44,183 bases of DNA, taken from assembly GCA_900617105.1 (NCBI GenBank), contig UYFQ01000275.1:1-44183 (forward strand). The letters are read 5' to 3'. Both the position numbers and the translations under genes were made by a program. The notes beneath the pieces were generated by a model, which saw nothing but the letters and a program-made list of their open reading frames with translations, ran no database searches and was not told the DNA's origin. The first letter of the stretch is position 1. Every line of letters begins with the position of its first letter. Positions 12,121 to 25,727 of this stretch are shown here, piece by piece. The DNA comes from Hydrurus foetidus (Eukaryota).

Positions 12121-13058
12121 CTTACTTACTGGACATCCATCCATCCATCGGTCAATTCGCCCGATCTCTATGTAGCGCACAACTCTGATACATCAACGGC
12201 GAGTTGCTCTCACAGGATCGGTGGTTTAAGAAAATCAGCACACTGCACTGCACACATTTTGCGTTATCCCTGTAGAATTGTTGGAATTATACCCAACTAG
12301 ATTTGATGAATGGAACTGAGCTCTCTACTACCATTAGAGGACAGCAGAAACATTTTGTGCCTGGGTTTACATCGGCACAGCTGAATTGATGACTTCAGTG
12401 AAACTCAACTCTTTGTCAGCTCACAAAGTGGCGTATAGAGAATTGTATTTGCATTCGAGAGTAGACATTGTAGAATATTGAACCAATATTGGTATGTAAT
12501 GAAATAGGCTGCTACTCATTTATGAGCGCAGTGGACAATCATCGCGGAGGAGGAGGAAGAACGTAGGATCCGTGTCAAACAGACACTTAATCATATCATC
12601 TATATTTCAACAAATTTTAGGACTAATTCTGCCGGATTTTAATCGAACAAACTCAATGCAAACTTCACAGCAAAAACAGTTTTTTTCCAACAAATTTTCT
12701 CATTATCGAACGTTTCGTACGTACGGTATGCTAAAGGGGATGCGCGGAAACGTCTGTTCAATAGCAGCGCGCGGCTCCGGGCTCCGGCATGAAGAGCAGA
12801 AGGAGAAAGCATAAAGCGCCGTCTTCAGTCTAACATCGAGTACTCCAATATATCAGAATGAAAACATCGCCAATGCCATAAAGCTCGTAGGAGGCACCTA
12901 GCAAGCCCACGCAACAGTCTCAGAAATTGGCCGTCTGCCGACACAAAGATACTGCAGTTACATGTGGTTAGAATCTTATCTTGTCGACGCTGAAAGAAAC
13001 GGACCAATTCTAATACACACCAAGTAGGGACATAAATCAGCGGTAGTGCGATAACGGA

Positions 13059-16000
13059 ATGGACATGCTGACGAGGGTACCGGGGATGGGAATCGGACTG
13101 GAGCCCCTTAGTTGCAACGACACAGTGCCAATAAACTACGAACAAACTCTCTTCCAGGCCTTAGTTAATGAGGGTCGGGTAAGTGATGTGGTCATTGTTT
13201 ATCTATCTAACGTAAACTTGACTTGTAGCACCTCTATTATTAACTCAATTGTTGGCGCTCCAATTTCCGGCAGGTCTTGAATGCTAACAGGCCGCAATTC
13301 GCTTACAACGGTTAGTAATTTTTTGACAGTTAGATGTGAGCTCATAAGAATACACGCTTCAAGACTAATTGGATGAATGCGATTTCCTCAGAAAAGCAAT
13401 TACGGGACGCCGCTGCTGCCGAAGTTGCAGTGCATGGTCTGTATGGGAATGATGAGATTGGTGACAAGGCATCGCGTAAAAGAAAACACATGAATGCTGA
13501 TGAAAAGGCGAAGCAGAAGTAAGATCATCAGGAGATCAGATGATTTCCACCAACGTATTTCCATTCTTAGCTATAAGCTGTTCCGAATCTAACTCTTGTG
13601 CACCAATTACTGTAGCCGTGATCGCAACAGGGAACACGCAAAGAATACCAGATTACGGAAGAAGGCTTATGTTCTGAAATTGAAGGAGCTTGTTGATCAA
13701 ATGAACGGACAGAAAGATATGGAGGAAAAGGAGAGAAGGGCGCTTGGGGAGCGCATATACGATACGGTATGTTGTTGCTTTCATCCTGAACTGTTTGAAA
13801 CATCTTATTTAAGAACGCTTCTCTCTTTTGGGAACGAAACTTCTCTTTTTCTGTCAACATGAAGCACATCATACGGAAGAATGCTGTCAGGCTAATGTTG
13901 AGTTACCGAGCTGCAAATGTGCGGGACAGAGATAAGTGGGTTGCGATATTGGATGAAGGATTCGTGTTCACTCTTCCTATCACTCCTTACAGGTAAGTGT
14001 GGCGATGAATGAAGGGGCGTCTATTTGTGTTCTGAACGGTTGAATGATAGATTGAAATACGATCTGATAACCCTTTTTCACTAATTATGTATGTAGATCG
14101 TTCCACAAGGGGGACATCGTGAGCAGCAGCAGAGTAATAGTGGGCGTGGATGCTTCCATCGCTGATGCGGCATCCCTGGCCCTCATGGTCGAGTCAGTGG
14201 GACAGGGCACAGACCAGTGGAAAGACGCTATCAAGAGGTATTCATGCATGTGCATGCTCTTCTTCCCAACAATCTACGGCATGGCATACCTGTAGCTTGT
14301 ATCGGAACAATCAAACTTCATTTCATCTCATTCATATTCGTACATCACGATTCTCTTCGTGACGTCTTGTTATGTTAGGGGTCAGAGTTGCAAGGTGACG
14401 TATACATCCAACAAGGACGACATGTTGGCGGCAGGGGACCTCATAATGTGCAGATACGTAATGCGCACAGAGGGGTATGACACCGCTGGTGCTCTCAGGT
14501 GACTAACCCTTTTGATCAACTAACTACCTCCTTGACTGACTGATTAATAGTCCACTGACTGACTCACTGACTGACTGACTGACTGATTGACTGACTGACT
14601 CACTGACTGATGACTGACTGCATGTTATGATACGAGTATTGTGAAGACACTCCTCTCGTCACCGCAAACTCCAGCTGCCATGCAGTTCAGCTGACATGCT
14701 TGTTTGCGCTGAATAGGACCTCGTCATTGTAAGGGAGACTAGTCAACACTACATCATACGTAGACAACTCTCATTTCCAAAATGTGCACGATTTTCGTTC
14801 TTCTCAGCGTCACTGTAGTAATGAATTTGTGTTTCGGTAATCTTCTTTTCCTCTCTCCACACTCCCCTCTTCCCACTCACATGAATTCCTACTCTCCTTT
14901 TTCTTATTGCGACAATTTGTCTATTCTTATTTATCCCTTGTCTGTACGTGTACGTGTCGAAGTCCGTGTGTGCAGCACGGCATGTTGCAGTGTCGCTTCA
15001 ACAAGCAGAACAAAATGGTGGCGGCTGAGATGATGTTCGACGTGATGGGGTTCATGCAACAGCTGCAGGTGAGTGTGGGTGAATCACGTGATGTGACAGT
15101 GAAGGAGGATGGGAGTGGTTGATCATGTGGTCTTCATTGTTGTCTTAGACACATCGGTCAATGAGTTGAGTTTTTGCACAGCAGTAGCATTGAGTATGGA
15201 GACATCGCTTAACATGGTAATGAAGTCACCCTCATAAGATTACGAGGAGACGCTATCCGATATCATACGACTGTTCTGCAGTTGTTACTCACTCTTATTA
15301 TTCACTTCGCTGGGAGGGAGAAACGCTTCGTATTGTTTTACTGTAGTATGAGATTGATGCAAGCAGCTGCATCCTATTAATAAGCAGAGCAAATCTCATC
15401 AGCGTTATCTCGAGAGTGAGGAGAAGAATAGTAATCAAGGAAATGATGATTAAGTAGTCTGTAACCTTCACATAGCGGAGCTTCATTACTCGCCGCAACA
15501 TCTTCCTCACTCTGCTACATGTGATTCCCTCTCCAAATGCTTGCCACATGACAGAGAGCCAGTGCGGTGAGCCCTGAGAACAGCATCGTACCCAACACCA
15601 TCGACATGGCCCTGCAGCCGAGCAGAGAGGTGCATATGTGTCATTCGATATTTCATGTAATAGTCGTGCCGTGGCTTCACTTCCATGCAATCACACTTAA
15701 TACCAATCTCTTATTTGTAAAGTCCCCCATCCTATCCACTCATCTTTGCTGTACTCTGCTATGCTAACGAAAATACTGTTCATCACATTGCGAATCATGA
15801 GGACTCATCGTGCATTTGACTTCGCTGATCTCAACCGATCTAAATGCAGATTCTTGATCTTACACTCCTTTCACTGCACTGTGTCCGCTTTGAACTATCA
15901 CATTGACTCCCTTCACCACATCTCTGACCTCACTTCCCCTCACCTCACCCTACCCCCCCCGCCTCCACTTCCTCTCGCTCCCTCCCTCGCACTCCCTTTC

Positions 16001-17911
16001 TTTTCCTCTCCCCCCACCCTGCCTTCACCTCCGAACCTCAGGCAAGAGCTATCATAAAAGCAGAACCTCCCTTCGCCATCATGCACACCAACGAGCCCTG
16101 GACAGCGATCAGCGGCCTAACTCAGTCAGAGGCAGAGGGCCTTCCCCTTAGTGACTCCCTCAGACTCCACTCCACCCAGGTATGCATTGTACATAGCTGC
16201 ACTGTAATTATGAGTTACTGGTCTAGCCAATGCTATGGTCAAGAAGCTATACACCACTATTTAGTGCAGTCAGCTGTTTTACCGTTGCTTTCTTCTCATT
16301 TCTCTTCATCGCATTATATTATGTTCCATTGTGCTGTTCTGTCCTGTCCTGTCCTGCAGGAGGAGCAGATGTACGCCCTGGCAGCTGACTGCTCGATCGG
16401 CAGTGCAGGTAGCGCCATCCTCATGACGCACAGCAAACAAGCATCAGGGGAGCCAGCTCTTCTCTATCTAAAGGTGAGTCACGTCACCTAACGGTACAAT
16501 ACAGCAGTGCAAGCAGTGTAAACAACTAATTCAGTGCTGACACCACTTGCCCTACCGAACACAACATCATATTTGATACTGCATTCATGACCGACACCAT
16601 TGGTCTTACAACACACTAAACTACATTGCATTGCCTCTGTAGTTGTTCCCTCTGACTGGTGACTCGGACCTGGTGAGCCACTTCATGGGGGTGCAGATCG
16701 ACCTGCCCTTGTCCCCCGCTGAGAGGGACGCGCTGCTCACACACTGCAGCAGCAGTGCATCGCCCAGCCACAATCAAGGACATCAGACAGCATCATCCTT
16801 CTCTACGGCTCAGGGGGTAACGTACAGTCAGCCAGGAGGGAGTCAAGCAGGAGGACAGCAGATGAGTAGTTCTCTTGACTGCAGTACCAGCGAGGAGAGC
16901 AGGGCACAAGGGAGGAATCATGGAGAGATGCTCTACCAGTACCAGCAGCAGCAGTACCATTTGCACCAAGAGCGCATCTCTGAGGCGCAGATGCAGCAAG
17001 CGTACTACTCCCTCAGTGTAGCGCCTCAGGACACACACAGCAGTCAAGTGGGCGGCAGTTTCGAAGATTTAGGATGCTCTGCTGCGCACTCTTTGTGCTT
17101 TCCTGATGAGATTCCAGCTGGCTCCGTGCCGATCGCATCTGGGCAGCCACCTAGCAGCGAGAGGGGCAGGGAAGTGACGTCCCCTGCATCTTTGCAACAG
17201 CAGCAACTCTTGCTCCTCCAGTCCCAGATGCAGAAACAGCAACTTCAACAGCAACAACAAATGCACCAACAGCTACTACAACAACAACAGCAACAGAAGC
17301 AGCAGCAGCAATTTATTAAAGAAGAGTACCACAGACAGGAGAGATCTCCTCCCTCCTCCTCTGTGCTATACAGCAACTCTGTCAATGGAGGCGCTACTAG
17401 TAATGGCAGTACTAATGGTAACGGTAACGGTAACGGTAACGGTAACTTCAGTGGGAGCAATGGTCAGTGGACTCAAAGACAGCCAACGTGTGTGAGTGTA
17501 GATGGACAGGCTGATCGGGATGCGGACAATAACACTGTCATGAACATCAACTCCATCCCCACTGCTGGCAACACTGTTGGTTCTTCAGTGGGCGTGAGTT
17601 CGAATCTTCAGAAGACAGCAGGCAGCAGCTCGACTTTCAAGAAATACGATCAGCAGCCAGGCCTACAGGCACACCAACAGCACCTCCAGCACCACCACCA
17701 ACAACAACAGCGGCAACACAATCGGGGAGATGTGGATCACAGTTCTAAGAATGGGGACATGTCAAGTGCGTCACCCAAAGTCAACACAAACATCAACATC
17801 AACACTGAGAGTGACACTCCTAGGAGCGGCAATCACAACAGCACCAGCAGCTGTGACGATGAAAAGGGTCTTACCTGGTACGAAGATCTCTCTAACACCT
17901 CATCGGTATAA
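13059..17911 (+). CDS. Stramenopile-type bZIP-PAS transcription factor (12 exons) with long Q/N/S-rich C-terminal tail
   Basis: Spliced basic region KAKQNRDRNREHAKNTRLRKKAYVLKLKELV (aureochrome-like bZIP); globular-looking middle region (FTLPITPYRSF...GMLQCRFNKQNKMVAAEMMFDVMGFMQQL); PAS-like segment ARAIIKAEPPFAIMHTNEPWTAISGLTQSEAEGLPL...LKLFPLTGDSDLVSHFMGV; polyQ and (NG)n tail. Eleven GT-AG introns join in frame. Confidence 0.85.
14535..14620. repeat. (ACTG)n microsatellite inside a bZIP-PAS intron
   Basis: Imperfect gactgactgact run. Confidence 0.85.
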
Positions 17912-19557
17912 TCCCATGAGGCACCATGCTGCACTGCCAACGCCGAGTGAGGAGTGACGTAAGAAATAACCCGTGACAGAGGCAGTGCATGTGTCACTGT
18001 ATGTAAAGGAATGACAGTGAGAATGAAATGGACGAGGATGATGAAGATAATTTGATACGCTGAGGTGCACAGCTCAGCTCAGCATCAGCATCAGCATCCT
18101 CCGTTGGTCTATTAGGTAGTCATGTCTATTCGGTAGTCATGTCTGCCATCTACCATCATTAAGTCTAAGTGATGTTCTGCCTAGAATCTTCTCATCAAAT
18201 GTGTCGTATCAAATATTTCGCATCAAATCTTATCGCACCGTACCTTGGCGACGAGAACGAGTCCCACTTTACAACACCCCCCTCAAAGTCTCGCATGCGA
18301 TCTGCACCGCACCCTCCTCACAGCACCGCACCCTCCTCACAGCATGTTACGAAGTGATGCGCAGCGCAGTTAATATGAAGACAAATTATAACTCCTCTGG
18401 AAGCATTGCTATATCAGTCTTGCTGTCTGTATTTATCTTACTTTTTTTTCTCTTCACTTACGCACGTCACGTCACGTCAATTTAATTTCTTTCACCCATT
18501 TACATGGTAGTACATACTTGTCAACGCGACGTCCCAACTCTAGATCTCTTATCATACCTTATCACATCTTACCGCACGAACCCCTCACCCAGCTTTCGAC
18601 AACATAATTTTTACCCTGACCAATCCAATGCACTATTGTGCTGCCTCGCTTTCGCCTTTGTCAGCGTGTGACAACTCCCGCATGGCGTGGCATATCACGA
18701 TGCACGGTCCCCATAATCTATACATCCCCTCCCATCTCCCTCGAGGTCGTCACCCAACCCCACCCCTCGTATCACATCACACGTACTCAATTACCTCAAC
18801 TCACCTTATCTGCCTGTCGTCGATTTTACAAAAAATGATGCCCCATCCTCTGAACACTATTTTACTCTACTCCACCTTGTTGCTTACCGTTCCGTCGTGT
18901 ATCATTTCACCCGTTCCCGTCGTGTTCAAGTTGAGGTGTCTTACAGAGAAAGAGAGATATGATATTTGTCAAAGCTTCAATTGACAGTCAGTCAGATGGT
19001 ATGTACATGAACCAGTACATGAGATGTCGACAAGGGTAGTGGAGCACAACACACCACCGTACAACAGTCTGTAAATAATACCGATCCTTGAAATCAGACA
19101 ACGCCTTTCTTTTCTTCGAGAGCAATTACTCACAATGACCGAGATCGATGAGATGCTGTTTCAGAGAAGCCTACGGAGACGAGCGCTTGTGCGTATGACA
19201 CGCGTGTTCTTCAAGACATGTGTCGTGTCGTGACGTAAAATCGTGTCGTATCGGAAAAAATATGCAAGAGACTTTGCGATGTATCTATTTCTTTTCCATT
19301 TTTCCCTTTAAAATTGTAGCTTACGGACAGGTAAAAATAATAAATATGCATGTACTACAACTGTTGTCAATTGATTGAGCGAAGTTGAATTTTGGAGGTG
19401 CCCTATAAAAACGACGTCGTGAGATATGAAGGGCGGTGTGTTATGCGAGTGAGATCACGTCATCCGAGAGCAAGGGCCATCTAGTGGGAGCAGCACAGTC
19501 GGCTGCATCAGCTTTGAAACTAATCTCTCTCTTCAAAGCTGATCTGACCCGATCTGT

Positions 19558-20594
<1,037 letters not shown>

Positions 20595-21124
20595 CTAACT
20601 ATGCAACTATTTTTTGATTATCAAACGTCACGATGAAACGGGCGTAGTGATGACCTGCCCTTAACTATTCATTCGATGGTGATTCTCCCTATCGGTTGCG
20701 AAAGCAATCTGAAAATCTCCTGCGATTGTCGATAGCTGAACGGGATGTAAGGAGCTCAGAGGAACTCAGTGGTTTTTCCAGCGCCTCGGGTAATATCTAA
20801 TCCACTGTTGGCCAAGCTGCACAGAATATTTCGTTCCCGAAAGTTTCGAATTCGCGCAGCAAAAATATAAAATATAAAATATAAAATATACGAGGGTATC
20901 AATGTCATAGCCGCTGTCCGCTGTTTGTCGACCCTCTCTCAGTTCGGAGATGATGTCGATCAATCTGTTGTCTGCTGTCTGTTGACATTTTACATTTTAC
21001 GTCCTCTGTCTTCGTCGTTTGTAAGTGATGTTGAAGTTCTGATTGAGAAAAATTGAGGAGCGAGCTTCAAGATTTTAGTCGCTCCCACGTTTAAAGCTGA
21101 CTCTTTCGCGAGCTCATCAACGAG

Positions 21125-22393
21125 ATGGTGGTAGGATCGAGCGCTTCACGAATTATCGGAACTGGAATGACCAGGCTGGTCAAAAGCGGAGAACCCGCAT
21201 CGACACTTAAGAGGAAAGCACTAGAGATAGCCTTCAAAAATATGGGTGATATTCGGCTGAAACAGTTGGATGGTCTGATTTCTATTCCATCATTATCTGA
21301 GGAGCGCTTTATGGACGCTCATTTTTTGGCGACAAGCATGAAACTTTTACCAAATGATAGTTGTGGTGGCATGATGGTGAAAACCATAGATACAGGAGGC
21401 GCTAGTCCTGTTAGTGCTCTCCTAGAAGCAGACCATATGATACAGCATAAGGGATACTCGTTGGTGGCGATCGTTGCTGGGGACGCTGTTGCTTCCATGT
21501 CAACTGAGGATTTTTTGTCAAAAGCAAACTTAGGATGTGCCAGACCTGACAGGGATGAAAAAGGTGCAGTAATTCCGCAGGGCTACAATAGAGTGGCTGA
21601 GTGGCATCTCTCGAAATGCAATGTGACGCGGGAGCAGCTTGCCATGGTGTCAGTGTTGATGAGCAGACAAGCAGTGAAGCATCCATACGCTCTCACACGC
21701 ACTTCCCACACTCTTGAGGGGGTCTTGAAATCATTTAGTATCGCACCAGCGACATCTCTGCTTGAATGTGCGAGGAGGGCTGATGGGGCAGCTGCTGTGA
21801 TTGTAGCTTCAAATCAGTTCATGGCAAATAACTTCGAGTCCCAGCATAAGATTTGGAAGGCTCCGGTAATCTTGGGGGGAGGGGAGGCCAGTGGTCCGCT
21901 ATATCTCCCCGATGAAATCACGGAAGAAATGTTCAGCTGCGAGAGAGCTGCACGCAAAGCCTACCTTGCCGCCTCTACAGATGTTAGCGAAATAGACTAT
22001 TTCGGTATTTACGACTGTTTTCCAATTTGTTTCATCAAGGCGGTGGAAGCGCTTGGACTGGCCCCAAAGGGACGTGGGGGACAGTGGGTGGAAGATCGGT
22101 ATTTGTTGAGTGAAAAGCAAGGAGGATTTCTGTCTCCTTCTGACTTCCCTGTGAACACACACGGGGGGCTGTTAGCGTTCGGGGCCCCTTGGGAGACACC
22201 AGCCATGCACAGCATCATAGAAGCGGTCATGCAACTCACAGATCTATCTACCTGCAGTGCAGGCACTAGCGATGACAGGGACTTCATTGCTGCTGCGAGG
22301 AACAGACAGGTGCCCCATGTTAAGAAGGCTTTAGTGTATGGCAATGGAGGAATCTTCTCAGCCTCAGCAGTCGCGATATTGGGCAGAAGTTAG
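21125..22393 (+). CDS. Thiolase-superfamily protein (SCP2-thiolase / lipid-transfer-protein-like subgroup), intronless, lacking the canonical nucleophilic Cys
   Basis: 422-aa ORF with IIGTGMT, TREQLAMVSV, ECARRADGAAAVIV, YDCF, VEALGLAPKGRGG, PVNTHGGLL and ALVYGNGG. The expected CxS motif reads DTGGAS. Confidence 0.85.
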   Translation: MVVGSSASRIIGTGMTRLVKSGEPASTLKRKALEIAFKNMGDIRLKQLDGLISIPSLSEERFMDAHFLATSMKLLPNDSCGGMMVKTIDTGGASPVSALLEADHMIQHKGYSLVAIVAGDAVASMSTEDFLSKANLGCARPDRDEKGAVIPQGYNRVAEWHLSKCNVTREQLAMVSVLMSRQAVKHPYALTRTSHTLEGVLKSFSIAPATSLLECARRADGAAAVIVASNQFMANNFESQHKIWKAPVILGGGEASGPLYLPDEITEEMFSCERAARKAYLAASTDVSEIDYFGIYDCFPICFIKAVEALGLAPKGRGGQWVEDRYLLSEKQGGFLSPSDFPVNTHGGLLAFGAPWETPAMHSIIEAVMQLTDLSTCSAGTSDDRDFIAAARNRQVPHVKKALVYGNGGIFSASAVAILGRS

Positions 22394-22551
22394 TTAGGAT
22401 TGGTGAGGTAAAGTAATGCATGGTGAGGTGAGGCAAGGATGATGTCGTGGGAGGTGGCGAGAACCGATAAGGCACATTGGCTGCTAGGAAAAACCGTTCA
22501 GACTTCACCAAATATTGCTCACCGCTATGAGTACTCAGCGCAATAGGCACA

Positions 22552-22797
22552 AGGACATCAATCAGTCATACGTGGCACTAGGACATCAATCAGTCATACG
22601 TGGCACTAGGACATCAATCAGTCATACGTGGCACTAGGACATCAATCAGTCATACGTGGCACTAGGACATCAATCAGTCATACGTGGCACTAGGACATCA
22701 ATCAGTCATACATGGCACTAGGACATCAATCAGTCATACGTGGCACTAGGACATCAATCAGTCATACGTGGCACTAGGACATCAATCAGTCATACAT
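22552..22797. repeat. 28-bp minisatellite (8 full copies + 1 partial)
   Basis: Unit aggacatcaatcagtcatacgtggcact starts at 22552, 22580, 22608, 22636, 22664, 22692 (G>A variant), 22720, 22748 and partially at 22776 (same variant). No spacers between units. Confidence 0.97.
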
Positions 22798-23446
22798 GCG
22801 TGACAAAGCATCAAATGTACATGATGTTATTAAATGATTAAAATTACTACTCTATTGTATATTCTGTTGTGCTCATCAATGTAATAGTTCCGTTCTGAAG
22901 TGTCGTGATTGGATTCTGCTTCGTAACGACATTCGTATGCGAGAGGAAATCGATTTGGAAACTCCTGACATCGAGGATGCAAGCATTCTCATTTGCAGAC
23001 ATGCTCACTAAATTCCTTCCCTCTTGCTTTGGCCTTCTGTGCGAAAATGGGCGACTTTTCCTTCATTTGAGTTCTAAATGATGTACATTAAAGACAACGA
23101 CTAAGATTTAGATAACGAAATGCTCTTTTAAAGTTCGTTCATCGCCGTACAGCTCGCTTCTGAAATTGATCGGGATATCAAAATAAATGAACTGAGTTCA
23201 GTTTGCATGCAGAGAACACAGTCAGTCAATTGGTCACTTCCCTAGGCACTTCCAGTATCTAGGGTGCACATAACAGTGAACGGAGTGCAGTCCCTATTTA
23301 GATAGTCACTCCATTTGGATTTATCATTCCCACTTGGTAACTTGCTAATGAAGACAATTTTTGAACGATCAGACGGCTTAAACAATCCAACAGTCCTGAA
23401 TAGGCGCCACACAGCAAGAAGCTATCGCGCCTATAATCCCTCCAGA

Positions 23447-23604
23447 TCAAGGCTCCTCATTTATTCCAGGTCCACGTTTAATCTGGACCCACCCCTATAC
23501 ACGACAATTAACTGACCGTACTGAAATTAGTACGGTCAGTTAATTGTCGTGTATAGGGGTGGATCCAGATTAAACGTGGACCTGGAATAAATGAGGAGCC
23601 TTGA
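23447..23604. repeat. Near-perfect palindrome: 76-bp arms, 6-nt loop, 1 mismatch
   Basis: tcaaggctcc...actgaccgtact (23447-23522) / gaaatt / agtacggtcagt...ggagccttga (23529-23604). Confidence 0.95.
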
Positions 23605-24129
23605 GATGTGGTCCGATAAAGTGATCAAATATCAAATAGGCGGTACTACAGGGGGAATGTGATAAGACGAGCGTAGACACCCTCGCAAGATCGTTGATGC
23701 ATTATATCTAATCATAGAATGAAAATTTCCGAGTCGGAGTGACACGGTGAGTTAGATTTTTCGAAGGTTGCCAGGATAGGAATGATCAAAAGGGAGTCAC
23801 CATTAGGGAATGACGGAATGACCATCTAAAAGTTATCATATGAGAGTGACCAAGTGGGGGACTTTACCCCCCCCCGTCATGCTGGTAAAAGATCATGCCT
23901 CATGCTCTGCACTTTTCACAGTTAAACTACAGCTTTACATTGCTTTCCCTCTCCATGCCGAAGAGTGAGTCAGGGCAGCCACATGGCTATGATAAAAACG
24001 ACCCCAATAAGTCGAGGTTGAGATGATTTTGATAGAAATGACTGATTGATTCGACCCCAAATGTCGGCACATATCGACCAATCTCTGGCTCACATCAGTT
24101 TTGCCTCTAATAGAGCTCAACTTTTAAAT

Positions 24130-24960
24130 AGAAGTTTCCTCATCAATTTCTGTGTCTAGGATGTAACCACTGGTGTTCTGATCGCTCTGTACTTAGGATT
24201 ACTTTTCATCTGCATCCAACTCCTAATCGAGAACCGCCCATCTTGGTCCTCTGGTCACAGCGGGGTCTGAAATGGTATCTCGGTTGTACATCTCTCCTTT
24301 GTGTCTGCCGGTTTCTTGGTTTCTCTCTGGTGCTTTATAAAGGGACAGGTGAAAACATACCTTTCATCTGATCTGCTATGTTAGTTTCCAGAACATGTGA
24401 TATGAGTTGTCTGGTCCACTTTCACAGGTCTCTCCAGTAAGCAATGTCATTATCGCCTACAACGGTACTTACAACATCTATGGCGATTGCCTCATCTTGA
24501 CCTCATTTTCCGCTCTTAGATTCTGCTGACGGATGTACGATCCATTATCGAACTTTTCAATGGGAGCTGGATGGAACTGGCGACCTGAAATCTGATCTGT
24601 ACTTCAGTCTCTTGGTGCTCTCCTCATCCTCGTCAGCTTTCTTTTTCTCATCGTATTTCGCTGACTCGCTGTCAAAAGTGGTGGGAGTACTTACTGTGGA
24701 GGTTACATTTGATGGAGTAGACAGCTGTCTGCTGAAGTACTCTACCTTGTTCGTAGCACTGAACTCCTCCTCTGGACTACTCAGTTTCTAGATGTCAGAG
24801 CCGCTAATGTGCTCGACAGTGTTACTCAGTACACCCTCGCAGTAGCTGCTCTGACCACGTGCGTCATCTTCGCTGCTCTTTTCAAGCAGGTGTTCTTCTT
24901 CCTACGCAGGTGCGTATGCCTTTTTGCTGCAAATGCTGATAACTATTGAACAATTTGATG
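24130..24960 (-). pseudogene. Possible degraded coding remnant
   Basis: Minus-strand fragments read like charged protein (STPTTFDSESAKYDEKKKADEDEESTKRLKYRSDF) but are broken by stops. No family recognised. Confidence 0.25.
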
Positions 24961-25569
24961 GGTCTCGCTATGTTTTGGCGGACAACGCAACTAGTACTGT
25001 GTTTAATTGTTGTTTAGTCGCTCATGTTACTCCTTTCGTTCTGTTCTGCTCACAGCAATGACAGCTCTTCAAGTGAGAGGGCCGCACAGGTCACCAGCCT
25101 GCTGAGACTAAGGTGAGTGCATGACTATCATACCACTACTATCATGGGTACTCTGCATCGCACCGCTAGTTATCATCTAATCCATGGAGCAGTCCAGTCC
25201 GACTTTCCACCGCATCAGCAGCAGATGCAGAAAGCGACCTAACACGGCTTTTATATCTGCATCGCATCTTACTACTGCTGTTCTCTTTTCTGTCAGGCGT
25301 GTGACGGGTGTGTGCATCGTATGTACGGTGTGCTTCGCAGTACGTGCTGTACTTCTGCTGAGTCGCGCCCCTCTGGGGCCAGCGGAAACAGATATGTACT
25401 TATTTCTGTCCTAAATAACTCCCACTGCCTTTATGCTCTCGGCATTTTGAAGGTGCGGCTCTGTGCAATTCACATCTGAGATACTACGATAGCTGGTTGA
25501 CTGTATGAATGACTGATTACTAACGATGCTACCCAAAATATTCTAGGCTAAAAATCTTGTTGAGCAGTT

Positions 25570-25672
25570 GTCTGACTCACTCACACTCATCACTCACTGA
25601 TGATGATGATGATGATGATGATGATGACTCATGATCACATGATGATGATGATGATGATCATGATGACCTGAC

Positions 25673-25727
<55 letters not shown>

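Noticed and set aside
13059..17911. Calling the bZIP gene an aureochrome
   Set aside because: No GRNCRFLQ flavin-adduct motif, and an extra domain separates bZIP from the PAS-like region.
22552..22797. 28-bp repeat array as a CRISPR array
   Set aside because: Units are directly adjacent with no unique spacers, no cas-like ORFs are present, and the context is eukaryotic.
23525..23539. 15-nt match (aattagtacggtcag) between the palindrome centre and the rDNA spacer unit (about 35394 and its copies)
   Set aside because: A rough estimate gives on the order of one 15-mer match by chance in a 44-kb self-comparison, and the flanks do not extend.
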